Shown here: positions 60,007 through 64,000 of the stretch, piece after piece
Position numbering within the stretch: position 1 is the first letter of the stretch
How the letters are laid out: each line of letters begins with the position of its first letter
The notes under the pieces: generated by a model
Database searches by the model: none
What the model was told of the DNA's origin: nothing
The model's input: the letters and a program-made list of their open reading frames with translations, nothing else
Position numbers and translations under genes: made by a program
Assembly (NCBI GenBank): GCA_963727525.1
Contig: CAVSGO010000007.1
Location: 1,920,001-1,984,000 of the forward strand
Direction: 5' to 3'
Origin: an uncultured bacterium
Lineage (GTDB): Bacteria > Krumholzibacteriota > Krumholzibacteriia > LZORAL124-64-63
Length of the DNA: 64,000 nt

Positions 60007-61042
60007 CTGACGTCCTCCCCCGCCCACCACGACGCCGCCCACCGCGCCGGCGCGGGCGGCGTGCGCCATCCCCGGTGGCGGGAACCGTAGCCGCCTCACC
60101 GTCATCGATGCTGCCGTTGCCTTCGGGATCGCCGTTGCGACCGGTTTCGCCGTTGCCGAGTTCGCCGCTCGGCGACCACGCGAGTTCCGCGACAGGGACG
60201 GTTTGCAGGTCACCGTCGCCGTCGAGGAGATGGATCGTCACGAGCGCCTGAACGATGTCCAGCTTGCGCACTCTGGCCGGCCGCTCGCGCCAGGTGACTG
60301 GCGCACCCACCCGTGGCATCTGCGCCAGCGCGCTCTTGTAGTCGGCGTGCTCGTACACCAGGCAGCAGCGCAGGCGACCGCACAGTCCACTCAGCTTCGA
60401 CGGGTTCAGGGACAGCTGCTGGTCCTTCGCCATGCGCAGCGACACGGTAACGAAGTCGTGCATGAACGACGCGCAGCAGCATTCGCGGCCGCAGATGCCC
60501 ACGCCGCCCTTGAGCTTGGCCTCATCGCGCACGCCGATCTGACGCAGCTCGATACGGGTGCGGAAGATGGCGGCCAGGTCGCGCACGAGCTGCCGGAAAT
60601 CGATGCGGCCCTCGGCGATGAAATAGAACGTGATCTTGTGGCCGTCGAACTGCCGCTCGGCGCCCACCAGCTCCATTGGCAGGCCATGCGCGGCGATCTT
60701 CTCGCGGCAGATCTCCTGGTCGCGCGGTTCCTCAGCCTGCTGAATGCGCAGACGAGCCACGTCCGCTTCAGAGGCCTCCGCGAGCGCGCCCTTCTGCGAC
60801 GCCTGGCGCCACCAGCGCTCCTCGCCGGGACCGCGATACGTGATCCGGCCGAGATCGCGTCCACGGTCGGCCTCGACGAAGCAGTACTGGCCCACCGCCA
60901 GCGGCAGGCCCGCGCGATTATGGTAGTAGCCCTTGCGGCTGCCCTTGAACTGGACGACGAACAGCTCGTCGACGGCTGTCGCCGGGGACGCGCCCGGGTC
61001 GTCCCGATCAGGCAGCGACGCTGGCGTGGTCGGACTGGGCAT
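59996..61042 (-). CDS. ricT: PSP1 C-terminal domain protein (RicT/YaaT-like)
   Basis: RIDFRQLVRDLA, RIELRQIGVRDEA, GICGRECCC, KLSGLCGRLRCCL. Confidence 0.92.
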   Translation of the reverse strand: MPSPTTPASLPDRDDPGASPATAVDELFVVQFKGSRKGYYHNRAGLPLAVGQYCFVEADRGRDLGRITYRGPGEERWWRQASQKGALAEASEADVARLRIQQAEEPRDQEICREKIAAHGLPMELVGAERQFDGHKITFYFIAEGRIDFRQLVRDLAAIFRTRIELRQIGVRDEAKLKGGVGICGRECCCASFMHDFVTVSLRMAKDQQLSLNPSKLSGLCGRLRCCLVYEHADYKSALAQMPRVGAPVTWRERPARVRKLDIVQALVTIHLLDGDGDLQTVPVAELAWSPSGELGNGETGRNGDPEGNGSIDDGEAATVPATGDGARRPRRRGGRRRGGRGRTSDDR

Positions 61043-62198
61043 GGTCTATCAGCTCCTGCAGGAGCACGGCCAGACAGAGGCCGATGTTCAGATTGCCGTC
61101 TATCTCATGACGCGCGGACTCGATCCGCGCGATGTCTTCCAGCAGCGTGGGCGTGTGCCGGCCCGCGGCCACGCGCCGCAACCTTTCGGCCAGGCGCGGG
61201 TCGCGCGGTTGCCACGCGTCGCCGCGCTCGCGGCAACCCACGAGATCGGCGTGGAGCTGTGCGAGCATCTCGCAGAACAGGATGGCGCGCTGGCGTTTGC
61301 GCGCGAGGTCCTTGGCTTCGCCGCCCTTCGCGTCCCAGCTTCCTTCGCCGTCGGGCAGCGCGAGCCAGCCCGCGTGCAGACGTTCGGCCGCCACGAGTAC
61401 CTCCCCCGCGCGTTGCTCGGCCACCGCGGTGAGCACCTCGCCGGCCCAGTGCCACAGCGCCTGGGCCTCGGGCTGGAGCAGGGCGACGGCGCGGCGCGCG
61501 TTGCCGTCGGCCAGCCGCGCCGCCATCGCGGGCGCCCCGTCATCGCCCTTGTTCAGCGCGTTCAGGATGCCCACCAGCTCGTCCACGGGATAGGGTTCGA
61601 AGCTCACGCGCTGACAACGCGAGAGGATCGTGGGCAGCATGCTCGCCAGGTTGCTCGTGACCAGCACGATGAGCGAGCGCGGCGGCGGCTCCTCGAGAGT
61701 CTTGAGAAACGCGTTGGCGGCCGCCTTGCCCAGCCGGTGCGCGTCGGCCACGATGGCCACGCGCCAGCGTCCCTGGAACGCCTGGCGGCGCAGGAACTGG
61801 ATGAGGGCGCGAATGGTCAGCGGCCGCGGATCGTCCGGGTCGCCGATGAGCACCTGGCTCGAGGCGGCAAAGTCGGGCTGGTAGAACGGATTGGCGATCT
61901 TCGCCTCGAACAGCGTGCGGGTGCCGGCAAGATCGATGCTCGCCGGAGCGGGTCCGATCCAGCGGATGTCGGGGTGCTGGAAGGTGAGAGCCTTGGTGCA
62001 GCTTTCGCAGCGGTGTTCGGGCGTGCATCGGTCGGGGGCGATGCAGTTGAGCCGCCGCGCGATCTCGAGGGCGGTGGTTTCCTTGCCGGCGCCCTCGGGC
62101 CCCACGAAGAGATAGGGCACACCCGCCTCGCCGGCGGCGAGCAGAGCCGTGAGACGGTCGGCGATCGCCTGCCTACCGAGGAAGTGCTGTGAGCCCAA
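61008..62198 (-). CDS. holB: DNA polymerase III subunit delta'
   Basis: LFVGPEGAGK, Cys zinc cluster, HPDI, AANAFLKTLEEPP, LPTILSRCQ. Confidence 0.9.
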   Translation of the reverse strand: MGSQHFLGRQAIADRLTALLAAGEAGVPYLFVGPEGAGKETTALEIARRLNCIAPDRCTPEHRCESCTKALTFQHPDIRWIGPAPASIDLAGTRTLFEAKIANPFYQPDFAASSQVLIGDPDDPRPLTIRALIQFLRRQAFQGRWRVAIVADAHRLGKAAANAFLKTLEEPPPRSLIVLVTSNLASMLPTILSRCQRVSFEPYPVDELVGILNALNKGDDGAPAMAARLADGNARRAVALLQPEAQALWHWAGEVLTAVAEQRAGEVLVAAERLHAGWLALPDGEGSWDAKGGEAKDLARKRQRAILFCEMLAQLHADLVGCRERGDAWQPRDPRLAERLRRVAAGRHTPTLLEDIARIESARHEIDGNLNIGLCLAVLLQELIDHAQSDHASVAA

Positions 62199-62264
62199 GA
62201 ATCGACCCCCGGACGGGACCGCGAGGGTCCCAGGCTCGCCGCCGGCCGGGGGCTGCCCAGCCGT

Positions 62265-63488
62265 CTAGGGTGCGGCCTTCAACCAGGTCATGGGGTCCAG
62301 CGGATCCCGGCCCTGGCGTATCTCGAAGTATAGCTGGGGCTTATCCCCTCCGGTACCCGAGCCGAGTTCGGCGAGCACCTGCCCCTGGCTCACGTCACGC
62401 CCCTTGCTGACAAAGACGCGTGCCAGGTTGGCATAGAGCGTATACTGCCCTGCGCCGTGGTCAAGGATAACGCACAGGCCGAACCCGGGCAAACGTTCGG
62501 CGAATTCGACGGTTCCGGGTGCGACGGCATACACGGGCGACCCCTCGCCGGCCGCGATCCCGATGCCGTTGCTCACGGTGACGGTCTTGAACTGCGGATG
62601 CACATGCCGCCCGAACTTCTGGACGATCTCGCCCGATACCGGCCAGTCGAGGTCGCCCTGGCGCCCGGCCAGGCGTCCGGCCGTCACCGCCCCCGCGTCG
62701 CCGCCACCGGACGGCGTCGGCGGCGTGGCCTTGCGCCTCTCCTCGAGCTGGGCCAGCACGTCGAGCAGCTTCTTCTCCCGACGCTGCAGGTCCTGCAGCG
62801 CGCGGGCCGTCTGCCGCTTCTGCTTCTTGAGCTCGCGTACCAGCCCCCGGCGCTCGGCCTGGAGCACCGTGAGCCGCTCGCGCTGGCCCGTGGCCTCCTC
62901 GCGCGATTCCCAGATGCCGACCAGGGCCACTTGCAGCTCGCGCTGCTCGGCCGCGATGGTCTCGCGCTGCTGCCGCGTCCGGTCCACGAGGGTGCCGTCG
63001 AGGCGCGCCACCATCGCCGTGAAGCGCAGCCGGGCCACCAGCGTGGAGAAACTCTGCGACGTGAGGATGAGGTCGAGATCCTGCTGCGGCCCGCGCATGG
63101 CCAGGGCGCGCAGCCTCTGCGCCAGCACGGCCTTGCGCTGCTCGTAGTTCTCGGTGTGCTGGGCGACCCGCACCTGCAGACTGTCGCGCTGCGCCGCCAG
63201 CAGCTGCTCGCGCTGGTCGAGACCGCCGACCAGCTCCTGAAGGAGCTGCTCCTCGCGCGCCACCTGGGTAAGCGCTTTCTCGGCATCGGCCTCGCGCGTG
63301 GTGATGGAGTCGAGCTCGGAACGGGTGGTCTTGATCTGCGCGCGCAGGGCGTCGAGATCCTCGGCGCTGGCCTTCACCTCGTTGCCGAGAGGGATGAGTT
63401 CGTCGGTCGCGAGGTCCCCGCTCGACGTCTGGGCGAGCGCCCAGCCGACGGCCAGCAGCAGACTCGCAAGGATCAGCGCCCGCCGCAT
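62265..63488 (-). CDS. envC: EnvC-like murein hydrolase activator (coiled coil plus degenerate M23 domain)
   Basis: Signal peptide, coiled coil, WPVSG, ILDHG..YTLYANL, LYFEIR; lies downstream of ftsX. Confidence 0.88.
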   Translation of the reverse strand: MRRALILASLLLAVGWALAQTSSGDLATDELIPLGNEVKASAEDLDALRAQIKTTRSELDSITTREADAEKALTQVAREEQLLQELVGGLDQREQLLAAQRDSLQVRVAQHTENYEQRKAVLAQRLRALAMRGPQQDLDLILTSQSFSTLVARLRFTAMVARLDGTLVDRTRQQRETIAAEQRELQVALVGIWESREEATGQRERLTVLQAERRGLVRELKKQKRQTARALQDLQRREKKLLDVLAQLEERRKATPPTPSGGGDAGAVTAGRLAGRQGDLDWPVSGEIVQKFGRHVHPQFKTVTVSNGIGIAAGEGSPVYAVAPGTVEFAERLPGFGLCVILDHGAGQYTLYANLARVFVSKGRDVSQGQVLAELGSGTGGDKPQLYFEIRQGRDPLDPMTWLKAAP

Positions 63489-63493
63489 CGCGA

Positions 63494-64000
63494 TCACGCG
63501 TCCTTCATGTGGAGGTACTTGCGCATGGCGGCCCAGCTCCCCAGCAACCCCAGCCCCACGCACAGCACCACGAAACCGGCGATCTGCGCCGGCGTGAAGA
63601 AGATGATGTCCTGCAGGCGTCCCGCCACGAGGCGATGCCCCACGGCGAGCGCGCCCATGGCGATCGCTCCGGCGAGCACGCCCTCGAGCACGCCTTCCAC
63701 CAGGAACGGCGTGCGGATGAACGCATTGGTGGCGCCCACCAGCTTCTGGATCTCGATCACCCGCGCCGACGACGCCATCGTGAGACGTACCGTGTTGGAG
63801 ATCACGAAGACCGCGGCCACGAGCGCGATGAGCGACACCACCAGGCTCGCCCACTGGAAGATCCGGTTCCAGCGTTCGAGCGTGAGCACCCAGCCCTTGC
63901 TGTAGACGATGTCTTCCACCTCGGGCCAGCGCTTCACCTCCTCGCTGATGCGCGCCACCGCCTGGCTCGTGCGCGCCGACGGCTCCAGCTCCAGATGGTA
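63494..64000 (-). CDS. ftsX: Cell division permease FtsX (5' end outside the window)
   Basis: VISNTVRL, EIQKLVGATNAFIRTPFLVEG. Confidence 0.93.
   Translation of the reverse strand, partial: YHLELEPSARTSQAVARISEEVKRWPEVEDIVYSKGWVLTLERWNRIFQWASLVVSLIALVAAVFVISNTVRLTMASSARVIEIQKLVGATNAFIRTPFLVEGVLEGVLAGAIAMGALAVGHRLVAGRLQDIIFFTPAQIAGFVVLCVGLGLLGSWAAMRKYLHMKDA

Overview
High-GC bacterial chromosomal window. It looks like a diderm FCB-group organism, possibly Krumholzibacteriota/Latescibacterota/Eisenbacteria-like, inferred only from secreted proteins with C-terminal FlgD-Ig domains and Bacteroidota-type DUF genes. About 40 CDS were found, and no rRNA, tRNA, CRISPR array or mobile element was recognised. 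Left to right: (1) a c-di-GMP signalling operon behind a sigma54-type promoter (REC-GGDEF, a stand-alone REC, and two paralogous histidine kinase-GAF-HD-GYP fusions whose HD-GYP motifs look degenerate; one of them runs off the left edge and is missing from the ORF track); (2) HAD-nnr-tsaD; (3) a CAAX protease, TspO, a probably exported TPR-CHAT protease and an M1 aminopeptidase-FlgD; (4) a redox patch with a signal-peptide Tpx and an 8-Cys secreted micropeptide paired with a membrane-anchored CXXC redoxin; (5) a BNR-FlgD protein, a TAXI-TRAP transporter whose permease carries a lysine-less lipoyl-like domain, UspA and Tex; (6) arsR-arsM extended by a cysteine-desulfurase-like enzyme and a NagD-like phosphatase; (7) a cNMP-binding domain fused to aspartase; (8) a sigma54-type DUF4783/giant sensor kinase/DUF4159/DUF4175/TPR/'AsnB-like' operon; (9) secDF, a YibQ-like deacetylase, a beta-barrel plus two lipoproteins, and the housekeeping run ftsX-envC-holB-ricT-tatD-rsmA. 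All family assignments come from motif recognition by eye, not database searches. Start codons were refined by eye from RBS and stop/start overlaps.
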